50,695 nt of DNA from Chloroflexota bacterium (lineage in GTDB: Bacteria; Chloroflexota; Dormibacteria; CF-121). The notes beneath the pieces are model-generated. The model had not been told where the DNA came from. It did not search any database and saw nothing but the letters and a program-made list of their open reading frames with translations. The stretch is taken from the NCBI GenBank assembly GCA_005880605.1, contig VBIS01000081.1, positions 1 through 50,695 on the forward strand, given 5' to 3'. Below, piece by piece: positions 29,808 through 38,058 of the stretch. A program made the position numbers and the translations under genes. Position 1 is the first letter of the stretch. Every line of letters starts with the position of its first letter.

Positions 29808-32254
29808 TGAGTCCCGAGCCTTCCAAGGCGAGGTCGTTCGCCGATATCCTCCAGCAAAATCAGGAGTTCATCGCGCATCTCCAGGTTTTGCAAGAGGACA
29901 TCGGCACCCAGCTCGAGGAGAAGGAAAAGGAGCTGGCGATGGTCAGACGCCAGCTGGCCGCCAAGCAGCAGGAGACCGACGAGCTCCAGAATTCCCAGCT
30001 CCAGTGGGCGATCGACCGCCAGGGGCTTCTCGAACAACACGAAGGCCTCAAGCAGGGACACCAGGACCTCCAGCAGAGCCACGACCGTGCCCAGGTCGAG
30101 CTCGGCCGGCTCAAAGATGACGTCGCTCGCGCCAAGGCGCGCGATGAGGAGCGTCGCAACCAGCTACGACAGCTGGAGCAGGAGCGCATGCAGATCACGC
30201 AGAAATTCGAGGCCGACCAGAAGAAGGTGCGCGCCGATCTCAAGTCCGCGCAGGACGACCTCGACAGCCTGCAGTCGGCCCAGCTGCAGTGGGCGATGGA
30301 CCGCGAAACCCTGCTGAAAGACCGCGACACCGCCGTGGCCAAGCAGGCGCAGCTGGAGCAAGATTGGCAGAAGGCGCGCGCGGAGCTCACCCAGGACAAA
30401 GTCCGGTTGACCGAGCTCACGGCGCAACTCCAACAGCAGTTGAAGACGGTCCAGGCCGAGCTCGAGCCGCTCAAGGTGGCCCGGGACAAGTGGCAGGCGG
30501 AACGGCAGCGGCTGGTCGCCGACGTAGCGCGGCTGGAGCAGGGTGGGCAGGAAGCCGAGGCTCAGTTCAAGGCCGACCGCCGGCTCCTGCAGGGCCAGCT
30601 CGAGGAAGCCCGCAGGAAGGGCGCCGACCTCGACAAGGCCGAGGCCGAGTTCCAGCGGGTTAGCGACGAGCGCTCGGCACTCCTGAGCAAGGTCAAGGCG
30701 TTGGAAAAAGACTGGCAGCTCCGCGAGGCGTCGGTTGCCGAGGAAAAGTCGGCGCTCAAGAAGCAGGTCAGCGACGCAACCAGCAAGCTCGCCGCCGTGC
30801 TGCAGGACGCCGAAAAGCTCAAGGCGCTCCATGCCGACCTGGCCGGCGAGACCAGCCGCAAGGCGGAAGAGTGGACGGTGCGCGAGCAGCGACTCACCTC
30901 GGAGAAAAACCAGCTCAAGGTCGACCTGGAGCGGGTGCAAGCACAGCTCTCCGACATGATGTCGCAGACCAACGAGATGCACAGCCAGCGGGCGTCGGAA
31001 GCCAAGGAGTTGGACGAAGCCTGGAAACGGGAGAAGGCCTCGCTCAAGGCCCAGCTCGAGGAAGCCCGCAAGGCGGCCGGCAGCGGACCGCCAACCAGCC
31101 AGGTCCTGGCCCGCTACGAGGCGGAGAAGCGCGCCATGCAGGCGCAGCTGGATAGCCTGCGCAACGACCTGGCCGCCAGCGGCAAACACAAGGACACGGC
31201 GCCGGCCCTGTCTCAGGCGAAGCGCGACTTCGAAGCCAAGTTCCGCGTCATCTACGACCAGAGCCACGACCTCAATTCGCCGCTCAATGCGATCCTCGGA
31301 TTCAGCGAGATTTTGCTCGACGAGAAGGCCAACAAGACGACGCCCGAAGAGCGGCGCGAGTTCGTCGCCCACATCAACGAGAGCGGCAAGCGACTCGTCG
31401 AACACATCCGCGAGCTGATCGAGTTCGCCAAGCAGGAAGCCGGCATCCAGGAACGCCCGGTGCAGATGGTGCCCCCGGTCGGGACCGGCACCAAGCCGCC
31501 CGTCATCCTCGTCGCCGACAACGATCCGGCGGTCAAAGAGCGCATCGAGCCCTTCCTCCGCCACGCCGGTTATGAAGTGGTAATTGCCGCCAGCGCCCAG
31601 GAAGCCCTGCGCAAGGCGGTCCAATTGCAGCCCCTGGCCGTTCTGATCGATACCCAGCTGCCGCCCAACGGTGGGAGTGGCCTCGTCTATGACCTGCGAC
31701 GTGAGTCGAAAACCAAGGACATCCCGATCGTGCTGACCTCCAAGGTCAACAAGGAGTCGCTCGCGTTCGACATCGGTCAGGCCGACTTCCTGACCAAGCC
31801 GATCGACCGTCAGCAGCTACTGCAGATGATGGTCAAGTTCGACCTGCTCGCCGATGGCAAGCGTGGCAAGAAGACGCCGTCATCGGTCCTGATCGTGGAC
31901 GACGACCCGCAGAACATCCGCCTGGTCAAGGCCATGCTCAAGCCCTTCAACATCGAGGTGATGGTCGCCGACGGTGGCAAGGCCGGGGTCGAGATGGCGC
32001 TGAAGAAGAAGCCGGACCTCATCATCCTCGACCTGATGATGCCGGACGTCGATGGCTTCGAAGTCGTCTCCAAACTGAAAGAGGACGCGGCCGCCAGTCA
32101 GATCCCCATCCTTATCTATACCGCCAAAAACATCACGAGCGAGGATCGCGAGCGCCTCCAGGGGAACATCCAGTCGATCATCCAGAAAGGGGACTTTGGC
32201 AAAGACCGCTTCCTCGAGATGATCAACAACCTCCAGACCAGCCAGGCCGCCTAA
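29807..32254 (+). CDS. protein E: ~470-aa coiled coil + HisKA-like DHp (H-box, no ATPase domain) + two canonical receivers
   Basis: 815 aa. H-box YDQSHDLNSPLNAILGFSEILL (His codon 31265-31267). Only a Pro/Gly linker lies between DHp helix 2 and REC1 (VILVADND / VLIDTQLP / VLTS / FLTKP). REC2 reads VLIVDDD / IILDLMMP / LIYTA. No N/G1/G2 boxes. Confidence 0.85.
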   Translation: MSPEPSKARSFADILQQNQEFIAHLQVLQEDIGTQLEEKEKELAMVRRQLAAKQQETDELQNSQLQWAIDRQGLLEQHEGLKQGHQDLQQSHDRAQVELGRLKDDVARAKARDEERRNQLRQLEQERMQITQKFEADQKKVRADLKSAQDDLDSLQSAQLQWAMDRETLLKDRDTAVAKQAQLEQDWQKARAELTQDKVRLTELTAQLQQQLKTVQAELEPLKVARDKWQAERQRLVADVARLEQGGQEAEAQFKADRRLLQGQLEEARRKGADLDKAEAEFQRVSDERSALLSKVKALEKDWQLREASVAEEKSALKKQVSDATSKLAAVLQDAEKLKALHADLAGETSRKAEEWTVREQRLTSEKNQLKVDLERVQAQLSDMMSQTNEMHSQRASEAKELDEAWKREKASLKAQLEEARKAAGSGPPTSQVLARYEAEKRAMQAQLDSLRNDLAASGKHKDTAPALSQAKRDFEAKFRVIYDQSHDLNSPLNAILGFSEILLDEKANKTTPEERREFVAHINESGKRLVEHIRELIEFAKQEAGIQERPVQMVPPVGTGTKPPVILVADNDPAVKERIEPFLRHAGYEVVIAASAQEALRKAVQLQPLAVLIDTQLPPNGGSGLVYDLRRESKTKDIPIVLTSKVNKESLAFDIGQADFLTKPIDRQQLLQMMVKFDLLADGKRGKKTPSSVLIVDDDPQNIRLVKAMLKPFNIEVMVADGGKAGVEMALKKKPDLIILDLMMPDVDGFEVVSKLKEDAAASQIPILIYTAKNITSEDRERLQGNIQSIIQKGDFGKDRFLEMINNLQTSQAA

Positions 32255-32269
32255 GAGCGGAGGGCCGGC

Positions 32270-34534
32270 ATGACAGCCCTCGACCGCCAGCTGGTCCGCC
32301 TCCGTTTCGCGGCGCTCGCGATTCCATTCGGCCTGCTGCTCTGGCTGCCGTCGGCGTCGGTGCCGGTCACCATCATCCTGGCCGGCCTGATGGCCGCCTA
32401 CAACGGCATCGCGCTGCTCGCGATCCGCAGGCGGGCGGCGCTGCGTTTCTCCCGGCCGATGGCGGTCCTCCTGCTGCTTCTCGACCACGCCGTCATCAGC
32501 GCCTGGATCCTGCTCTTCGTCAGCCCGTCCTCGAGCCTTCCCTACCTGCTCTACGCGCTGGTGGCCGCCGAAGCGGTCTTCCGGTTCGAGCTCTGGGGCG
32601 GTATCGGAACCAGCCTTTTCTTTACGAGCGGAGTGATCCTCTTCCAGACGAGCGACCTCGGTTTCGCCATCTCGGTCCGCGACTCGGTGCTCCGTGCCAT
32701 CCCCACGGTCGCCGTCATCACCGGGCTCGGTGCGGCGGTGCGCGCGATGAACACCGAGATCCGGGGCACCCGGCGGCGCCTCGATCAAACCGAACAATTG
32801 CGCAACGTGCTCGGCGAGCTGGTCGGACAGATGGACGTGTCGCGAATGCTCAACACCGTGATCCGCTGCGGCATGGAGCTGCTCCAGATGGACTCAGGCG
32901 CCATCGTCCTCCTCGATGAAGATCGCGGCGTGTTCACCTTGCGCGCCGCGGTCCGCCTCCCGGGGGCGGTCGAAGGCGATGCCGTCTCGGTGGCCGACGG
33001 CATTGTTGGCCGCGTAGTGCGCGCGAAGCGCTTCGTCATGTTGGGCGAGCCTCCACTCTTTGACCTGGCCACCCTCAATGCGGCCGGCTACGCGTGTGCC
33101 TTCGGTTCGCCGGTGCTGCTGGAAGGCAAGGTCTTTGGCGTATTGCACCTCCAGACCCGCGACAATCAGCGGCGCCTGACGCGGTGGGAGGAGGAGGCGC
33201 TCGAGGTCCTCTCGCAGCAGCTGGCGGTGGCGCTTCGCAATGTCCGTCTCTTCGACGAGAGCGAGAAGCGTGCGCGGCGGCTCGAGCTGCTCAACCAATC
33301 GATCGACCAGATGAACCAGAAGCTGTTCGAGCCCGAGTTGCTCGATGTCGTGGCCAGCGCGCTCACCGGCAACCTCGGGTTCGCGGCGGCGCAGGTCTGG
33401 CTGCTGGAGCCGAGCGATGGCGCGCTCTGGCGGCGTGCCAGCCACCACACCACCGCCAACCCGCCCCCCGTTCCCGGACGGGTCGAGCGCGGGATGAGCG
33501 AGATCGGCCAGGTGGCCGAACTCCGGGTGCCGATCGTGACCAATGACCCGGCCAACCATCGCCATGTTGGCCTCAACCCCTGGATGACCGAGGAAGGCAT
33601 CCAGGCCTTTGCGGGCTTTCCGCTGGTCGTGGGTGACCAGCTGCTGGGCGTGCTTGCCGTCTATCACCGACGTCCGCTCGACCGCAACACGATCGAGCTG
33701 CTGACCCTGTTCGCGCAGCACGCGGCCACCGCGATCCAGGAAGCGCACCTGTTTCACCTCGCCACCGAACAAACCGCACGGCTCACCGCGCTCAACGTCG
33801 AGCTGCAGCGCGCCAACCAGCACAAGGCCGAGTTCCTGGCCAACATGAGTCACGAGCTGCGCACGCCGCTCAACTCGATCCTGGGCTTCTCGCAGCTGCT
33901 GCTCGAGGGTGACGGCGGAGTCCTGAGCGGAGACCAGCGTCAGGACGTCGACATCATTACCCAGAATGGGCAACACCTGTTGGCTCTGATCAACGACCTG
34001 CTCGACATCTCCAAGCTGGAGGCCGGCAAGGCGCAGCTGCACCGCGGCGAGGTGGAGGTCGAGCCCCTGATTTTGGAGTGCGTCGAAAGTGTCAGCTCGC
34101 TGGCCAAGACCAAGAAGCTCGACCTGAGTGTCAGCGTCTCCGCCGAGGTGGGACGCGTCTTCGCCGACGGTCCGAAGCTCAAGCAGGTGCTCCTGAACTT
34201 GCTCGGCAACGCCATCAAGTTCACAGAGACTGGCAGCGTCCGGGTCACCGCCGAGCGCCAGGGCGCGGAGCTGCGGGTGAGTGTCCGCGACACGGGGATC
34301 GGCGTTCCGGTTGAGGACACGGAGCGGATCTTCGAAAGCTTTACGCAGGGAAAGAGCGGCATCAGCGGCAAGTACCAGGGCACCGGCCTGGGCCTCGCGA
34401 TCTGTCGCCAGCTGGTCGAAATGCACGGTGGCCGAATCTCCGTCAAGAGCACGCCCGGCCAGGGAAGCACCTTCAGCTTCACCATTCCCCAACGCGCACT
34501 CCCGGACGCGATCGATCTATCGAGCGCGGCCTAA
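32270..34534 (+). CDS. sensor histidine kinase F: polytopic N-terminal domain + two GAF-like domains + HisKA + HATPase_c
   Basis: 754 aa. About 5-6 N-terminal TM helices, H-box MSHELRTPLNSILGFSQ, N-box LNLLGNAIKFT and G-boxes DTGIGV / GTGLGLAIC. GGAGGG lies before the ATG, 15 nt after gene E. Confidence 0.85.
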   Translation: MTALDRQLVRLRFAALAIPFGLLLWLPSASVPVTIILAGLMAAYNGIALLAIRRRAALRFSRPMAVLLLLLDHAVISAWILLFVSPSSSLPYLLYALVAAEAVFRFELWGGIGTSLFFTSGVILFQTSDLGFAISVRDSVLRAIPTVAVITGLGAAVRAMNTEIRGTRRRLDQTEQLRNVLGELVGQMDVSRMLNTVIRCGMELLQMDSGAIVLLDEDRGVFTLRAAVRLPGAVEGDAVSVADGIVGRVVRAKRFVMLGEPPLFDLATLNAAGYACAFGSPVLLEGKVFGVLHLQTRDNQRRLTRWEEEALEVLSQQLAVALRNVRLFDESEKRARRLELLNQSIDQMNQKLFEPELLDVVASALTGNLGFAAAQVWLLEPSDGALWRRASHHTTANPPPVPGRVERGMSEIGQVAELRVPIVTNDPANHRHVGLNPWMTEEGIQAFAGFPLVVGDQLLGVLAVYHRRPLDRNTIELLTLFAQHAATAIQEAHLFHLATEQTARLTALNVELQRANQHKAEFLANMSHELRTPLNSILGFSQLLLEGDGGVLSGDQRQDVDIITQNGQHLLALINDLLDISKLEAGKAQLHRGEVEVEPLILECVESVSSLAKTKKLDLSVSVSAEVGRVFADGPKLKQVLLNLLGNAIKFTETGSVRVTAERQGAELRVSVRDTGIGVPVEDTERIFESFTQGKSGISGKYQGTGLGLAICRQLVEMHGGRISVKSTPGQGSTFSFTIPQRALPDAIDLSSAA

Positions 34535-35124
34535 CCGAGCAGGCCGCTTATCAACGCGATCGCGACCAGCACCATCACGCCGGCGGCCGCGAACTGGAGC
34601 GGGCGCTCCGGGATCCAGGCGCCGAGGCGGTTCCCGAGGACGACCGCGATCGCCGACACCGTCCACAGTGCCAGCGTCGCCGCCGTAAAGACGATCAGCG
34701 GCTCGCGATAGCGAGCCTGCAAGGCGGCCGTGGCCAGTTGCGAAAGGTCGCCCCACTCGGCGACGAAGACCACCATGAACGCCGTCAGGAATGGACGCCG
34801 GTAGCGGCCTTCCTCGCGTTCGACCTCGACCGCCTCCTGGGCCTCGGCCTGCTTGAGGTTTTGCCGGATCAGCAGCCCGGCCATGACGAGAAAGAGAATG
34901 CCCGCGCCGATCCGCACGGGTTCGCGAGGAAGCAACCCGAAGATCGAGCCGGCGATCACGGCCACCAGGCTCTGCACCAGGAAAGCGGCGGCGGCGCCGA
35001 CGAACACCGGGATGGGGCGGTGACGAGTGGCGAGCAGCAAGGCGGCCAGCGCCGTCTTATCTGGCAGCTCGATCAGAAAGATGACGACGAAGACGGTGAA
35101 GCCAAGACCCAGCGCGTGAGTCAC
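34531..35124 (-). CDS. GDT1/TMEM165 (UPF0016) family cation (Mn2+/Ca2+) transporter
   Basis: Two copies of the family motif (ELPDKTALAAL and EWGDLSQLATAAL) in a 6-TM protein. GTG 35124 start overlaps the upstream stop (GTGA); the track ORF extends to 35187. Confidence 0.8.
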   Translation of the reverse strand: MTHALGLGFTVFVVIFLIELPDKTALAALLLATRHRPIPVFVGAAAAFLVQSLVAVIAGSIFGLLPREPVRIGAGILFLVMAGLLIRQNLKQAEAQEAVEVEREEGRYRRPFLTAFMVVFVAEWGDLSQLATAALQARYREPLIVFTAATLALWTVSAIAVVLGNRLGAWIPERPLQFAAAGVMVLVAIALISGLLG

Positions 35125-35696
35125 CGAGTCAGAACCGCGTCGATCCGCTGGTTCTGTTTGCGGGCCAGGTCCACCAGGCTGGTCCACGGCCAGGGCTCAC
35201 CAAAAGCCGAGGCGCTCAAGGCACTGACAATGGGTCCGTGGCTCCAGACGAGGTAGCGCGCCGAACCAGGCCCGGCGGGTCCCGTGGTCAATTGCTCCAG
35301 GGTTGTCGTGTGACTGGCAGCAACGGCGAGCGGTGGCCCGTCATGGCTCGCCATGATCCGCACCTGGGCACTGGGGTTTTTCAGAGTCCGGTTCAAGAAC
35401 CCCGCACGGGCGGCGTCAGCATCCTCGTCAGTGGCGAGCGGTGTCGCCTGAACCCACAGCCAACGGTCATTCGATGGGGCCTTGAATGACCGCCACGCGG
35501 TCAGGCCCCCGAGTCTCCGGACGCGGACGGCCCAGGGTTCCGCGCCTGCGCCACTGCGCCACCGTCTCTCGTCGAGCACCGTCCACTTTGGTGGAAGGTC
35601 TTCCAAACCAATGAGCAACCCGCGAGGCTCGGGGAGATGCCGGCTTGCTCGGACTCCGATCTGGCTAAGCGCCAGCCGCAGCCGCCGCAGATCCAT
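35121..35696 (-). CDS. hypothetical protein (192 aa)
   Basis: Lies between the OmpR-type regulator and the GDT1 gene on the same strand. Start at ATG 35696; the upstream part of track ORF 35121-36002 is out-of-frame overlap with the regulator. No family recognised. Confidence 0.45.
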   Translation of the reverse strand: MDLRRLRLALSQIGVRASRHLPEPRGLLIGLEDLPPKWTVLDERRWRSGAGAEPWAVRVRRLGGLTAWRSFKAPSNDRWLWVQATPLATDEDADAARAGFLNRTLKNPSAQVRIMASHDGPPLAVAASHTTTLEQLTTGPAGPGSARYLVWSHGPIVSALSASAFGEPWPWTSLVDLARKQNQRIDAVLTR

Positions 35697-35775
35697 AAGC
35701 GAATTGTGGCTTAGTGCAGCCAGAGGGGGAAGGAGAGGACGAAGACGAGCACGCCGAGACCCAGGGTGCGCATGC

Positions 35776-36642
35776 TCAGCCCGCCATCGCCAGTGGTTCT
35801 TGCCCCGCGGGGTAGTTGACCTTGGCGCTGAAACGATAGCCGACGCCACGCTTGGTCTGGATGTAGACGGGTTTGCTGGGGTTGGGTTCGATCTTGCTGC
35901 GCAGGCGCGAGATGTGCACGCGCAGGCCCTCTTCGTAGGCTTCCTCGTCGCCCGCCCATGCCTTGGCCAGCAAGGTCTCGTTGGTGACGACCCGGCCGGC
36001 ATTACGCACCAGCAGGAAGAGCAGCTTCGACTCGGTCGGGGTCAGCGTGACCTGCTGGCCTTTGACGCGAGCCCAGTGCTGCACGAAGTTGATTTGCAAT
36101 TCCTGGTCGATGACGACCTCCGGCTGCTCGACGCCGGCGGACTCGCCGTAGCGGCGCAGCACACGCTGCACCCGGGCGACCAGCTCTTCTTTTTCAAAGG
36201 GCTTGACGATGTAGTCCTCGGCGTACATCTGGAGGCCTTCCACCTTGCTCTCCACCGCCGCCACCGCGCTCAGGATGACGATCGGGACATCGAGGTGACT
36301 CTTGATCCGGCGGCACAGTTCGAAGCCGTCCATCTCCGGCATCATCAGGTCGACGACGACCAGGTGCGGGATGCCCTCGTGGAGTTTGCGCAGCGCTTCG
36401 GGACCACTACCGGCGGTCATGACCTCATAGCCGGCGTGCTCCAGGATGCGCTTCAAGATCTCGCGCGCCATTGCATCGTCGTCGACGATCAGGATCCGAT
36501 ACCGGTTGACGATGTTTAACCCCTCTCTTCCGGCGGCCAGTGCGCGCCGCGCTGCCGACCGGCCACCATGGATTTGGACCTGCGGCTGCTGGCTCAGGTC
36601 CGACTGGAGAGCCGGCAAAGATATATGGCCCTCGTCATGCAT
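35776..36642 (-). CDS. OmpR/PhoB-family response regulator (REC + winged helix)
   Basis: RILIVDDD, VVVDLMMPEMDG, ILSA and YIVKPF, then the winged helix LTPTESKLLFLLV...VHISRLRSKIE...IQTKRGVGYRF. ATG 36642 gives a 45-aa N-terminal extension. An SD (GGAAGAGAGGGG) also sits 6 nt before in-frame ATC 36513. Confidence 0.85.
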   Translation of the reverse strand: MHDEGHISLPALQSDLSQQPQVQIHGGRSAARRALAAGREGLNIVNRYRILIVDDDAMAREILKRILEHAGYEVMTAGSGPEALRKLHEGIPHLVVVDLMMPEMDGFELCRRIKSHLDVPIVILSAVAAVESKVEGLQMYAEDYIVKPFEKEELVARVQRVLRRYGESAGVEQPEVVIDQELQINFVQHWARVKGQQVTLTPTESKLLFLLVRNAGRVVTNETLLAKAWAGDEEAYEEGLRVHISRLRSKIEPNPSKPVYIQTKRGVGYRFSAKVNYPAGQEPLAMAG

Positions 36643-36784
36643 TTCCTTACGGTTCCTCTTTACGATGTGATGACTCTTGTCGCGTCAGGGTCACATCAGA
36701 TCGGCGCGGCCCGGACTCGAACTCACCTTAGAGAGCCTGGCTTACGGCGCTTGTTACAGACTCGTGCTCGGTTGCGCCAGGACG

Positions 36785-36816
36785 AAAAAAGGGCGCGAGC
36801 GGTGCCTCTCGCGCCC
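36785..36816 (-). terminator. canonical rho-independent terminator with no obvious upstream gene
   Basis: On the minus strand, GGGCGCGAG-aggcaccg-CTCGCGCCC (9-bp stem) is followed by TTTTTT (36790-36785). It lies between the tRNA-Leu (+) and the regulator promoter region. Confidence 0.55.
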
Positions 36817-36907
36817 CCGTAAGGCAAGCCTATGGCGGGGTGGGTGGTCCCGAATCGGTCGGTCGGCCCATCCGCGCGGTCTGAGCGGCTAAAATGCGTT
36901 TCGCCTT

Positions 36908-36991
36908 GCCCGGGTGGTGAAACTGGTAGACACGCAGCTTTGAGGGGGCTGTGAGCGCAAGCTTGTAAGGGTTCAAATCCCTTCCCGGGCA
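36908..36991 (+). tRNA. tRNA-Leu (anticodon GAG), class II with long variable arm; CCA not encoded
   Basis: Folded by hand. Acceptor GCCCGGG/CCCGGGC, 3-bp D stem GTG/CAC, anticodon stem CAGCT/GGCTG with loop TTGAGGG, variable arm tgagcgcaagcttgta, T arm AAGGG-TTCAAAT-CCCTT, discriminator A. Confidence 0.9.
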
Positions 36992-37005
36992 GAGCCCTTA
37001 CCGAC

Positions 37006-37518
37006 GTGAGCCTGAGCACCTTGTACCTGCGGCTGCGCTACCCGCGTCACCGCTTCGGTCCGGGCTTTGAGGGACCGTGGCAGCTGCGGATTCGCGGCCC
37101 CGGACGGGTCACCTTCGGCCGCGATGTCCGAGTACGCAACGCCTCCGGTCGGACCGCGCTCTTGACCTTCGGGCCGGAGGCGCGGATCGACATCGGCGAC
37201 CGGGTGGAAATCGACGGTGCCGGCCTGATGGCCGCCAGCATCATCGACGTAGGCGACGAGGCGATCCTCGGGCCGTGCCTGGTGGTGGATACTGATTTTC
37301 ACGCGGTCGGCCCGGCTCGTCGGCAGGAGGGCGCACCCGTCACCCGGCGACCGATCCGCATCGGACGATCCGCCTGGGTCCAGGGCAAATCCACCATCGT
37401 CAAAGGCGTGTCGGTGGGGGAGGGGGCGGTGGTGCGGTGGGGTGCGCTGGTCGCATCGGACGTCGCCCCAGGCGCGGTCGTGATGGGAAATCCGGCGGTG
37501 GACGTGTCCGGGCGCTAG
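37006..37518 (+). CDS. left-handed beta-helix (hexapeptide-repeat) acyl/acetyltransferase
   Basis: 170 aa. Hexapeptide repeats with the C-terminal IRIGRSAWVQGKSTIVKGVSVGEGAVV..GNPA, typical of MaaA/LacA-like O-acetyltransferases. The GTG start 15 nt after the tRNA is uncertain. Confidence 0.65.
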   Translation: MSLSTLYLRLRYPRHRFGPGFEGPWQLRIRGPGRVTFGRDVRVRNASGRTALLTFGPEARIDIGDRVEIDGAGLMAASIIDVGDEAILGPCLVVDTDFHAVGPARRQEGAPVTRRPIRIGRSAWVQGKSTIVKGVSVGEGAVVRWGALVASDVAPGAVVMGNPAVDVSGR

Positions 37519-37528
37519 CTCGGCAGGC

Positions 37529-37717
37529 TCAGGCGCCGACGACGGCGCCCTGGATGTTGCAGTAGGTGTTCCGTACCTGGTTGCCGAGAACGATCAACGT
37601 GACCAGGATCACGATGACCACCAGGCACATGATCAGCGAGTACTCGATCAGCGCTTGGCCGTTTTCGCTATCCCAGCCCATCAGGGCCCGGATCTTTGAC
37701 GCGAGGATGGTGACCAT
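37529..37717 (-). CDS. flp: Flp/Fap-family type IVb prepilin
   Basis: 62 aa. Leader ending in G followed by QALIEYSLIM (the Flp G/xxxxEY processing motif) and a hydrophobic helix. Confidence 0.75.
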   Translation of the reverse strand: MVTILASKIRALMGWDSENGQALIEYSLIMCLVVIVILVTLIVLGNQVRNTYCNIQGAVVGA

Positions 37718-37853
37718 AGCTTTGCTCTCGGGCAGGGGACCGATGCCGCAATCCGAGTATGAGTCCTATAACGAGCGACCGGCTAGCGAACCAACGGGTC
37801 GTTCCGCGATCGTGGCGGGATTGTGACCGATGCCAGCGACCGATCGGAAGGAG

Positions 37854-37994
37854 CTAGCGGGCGCTCGACCGCTGGACGAGGTAGGTGACGACCGCGAGGT
37901 ATTCCTCCGAATCGGCAGAGCCTACCCAGCGGGTGTCCTCGGTGGTGCGCCCGAAAAGGGCAAAGAGCTCGCTCAAGGTCAGCTTTTCAGACAT
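37854..37994 (-). CDS. micro-protein, 46 aa (paralog 1), unknown function
   Basis: Below the 60-aa ORF-track cutoff. MSEKLTLSELFALFGRTTEDTRWVGSADSEEYLAVVTYLVQRSSAR. About 74% identical to the ORF at 38059-38208, with many synonymous differences. Confidence 0.55.
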   Translation of the reverse strand: MSEKLTLSELFALFGRTTEDTRWVGSADSEEYLAVVTYLVQRSSAR

Positions 37995-38058
37995 TTTGAT
38001 ACCTAACAAATAGCTAATCTAACAGAGATACTATCACAAGAGATCGGCCTGCCGTCGT

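Noticed and set aside
29807-31260. Whether the ~470-aa coiled coil is an SMC/Rad50-like rod, a phage tape-measure, or an M-protein-like surface fibril.
   Set aside because: There are no Walker A/B or ABC signature heads, no hinge, no signal peptide or sorting signal, and no phage genes nearby. The rod is fused in frame to an H-box DHp and two receivers inside a two-component operon.
30164-31624. A long minus-strand ORF (486 aa) antisense to coiled-coil gene E. Similar antisense ORFs lie at 24370-25374, 25504-26358, 32894-34492, 40699-41415 and 44016-45242.
   Set aside because: All lie entirely inside strongly supported genes on the other strand and have low-complexity Arg/Gly/Leu-rich translations with no recognisable motifs. 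They are the expected by-product of the scarcity of stop codons at this GC content.
36701-36780. A possible minus-strand tRNA-like or RNase P-like element (GAGTTCGAGTCCGGGCC contains a T-loop-like TTCGAGT and the string AGTCCGGGC).
   Set aside because: No 5-bp T stem, 7-bp acceptor stem or anticodon arm can be drawn. The RNase P resemblance is a single 9-mer. It most likely belongs to the leader/promoter of the OmpR-type regulator operon.
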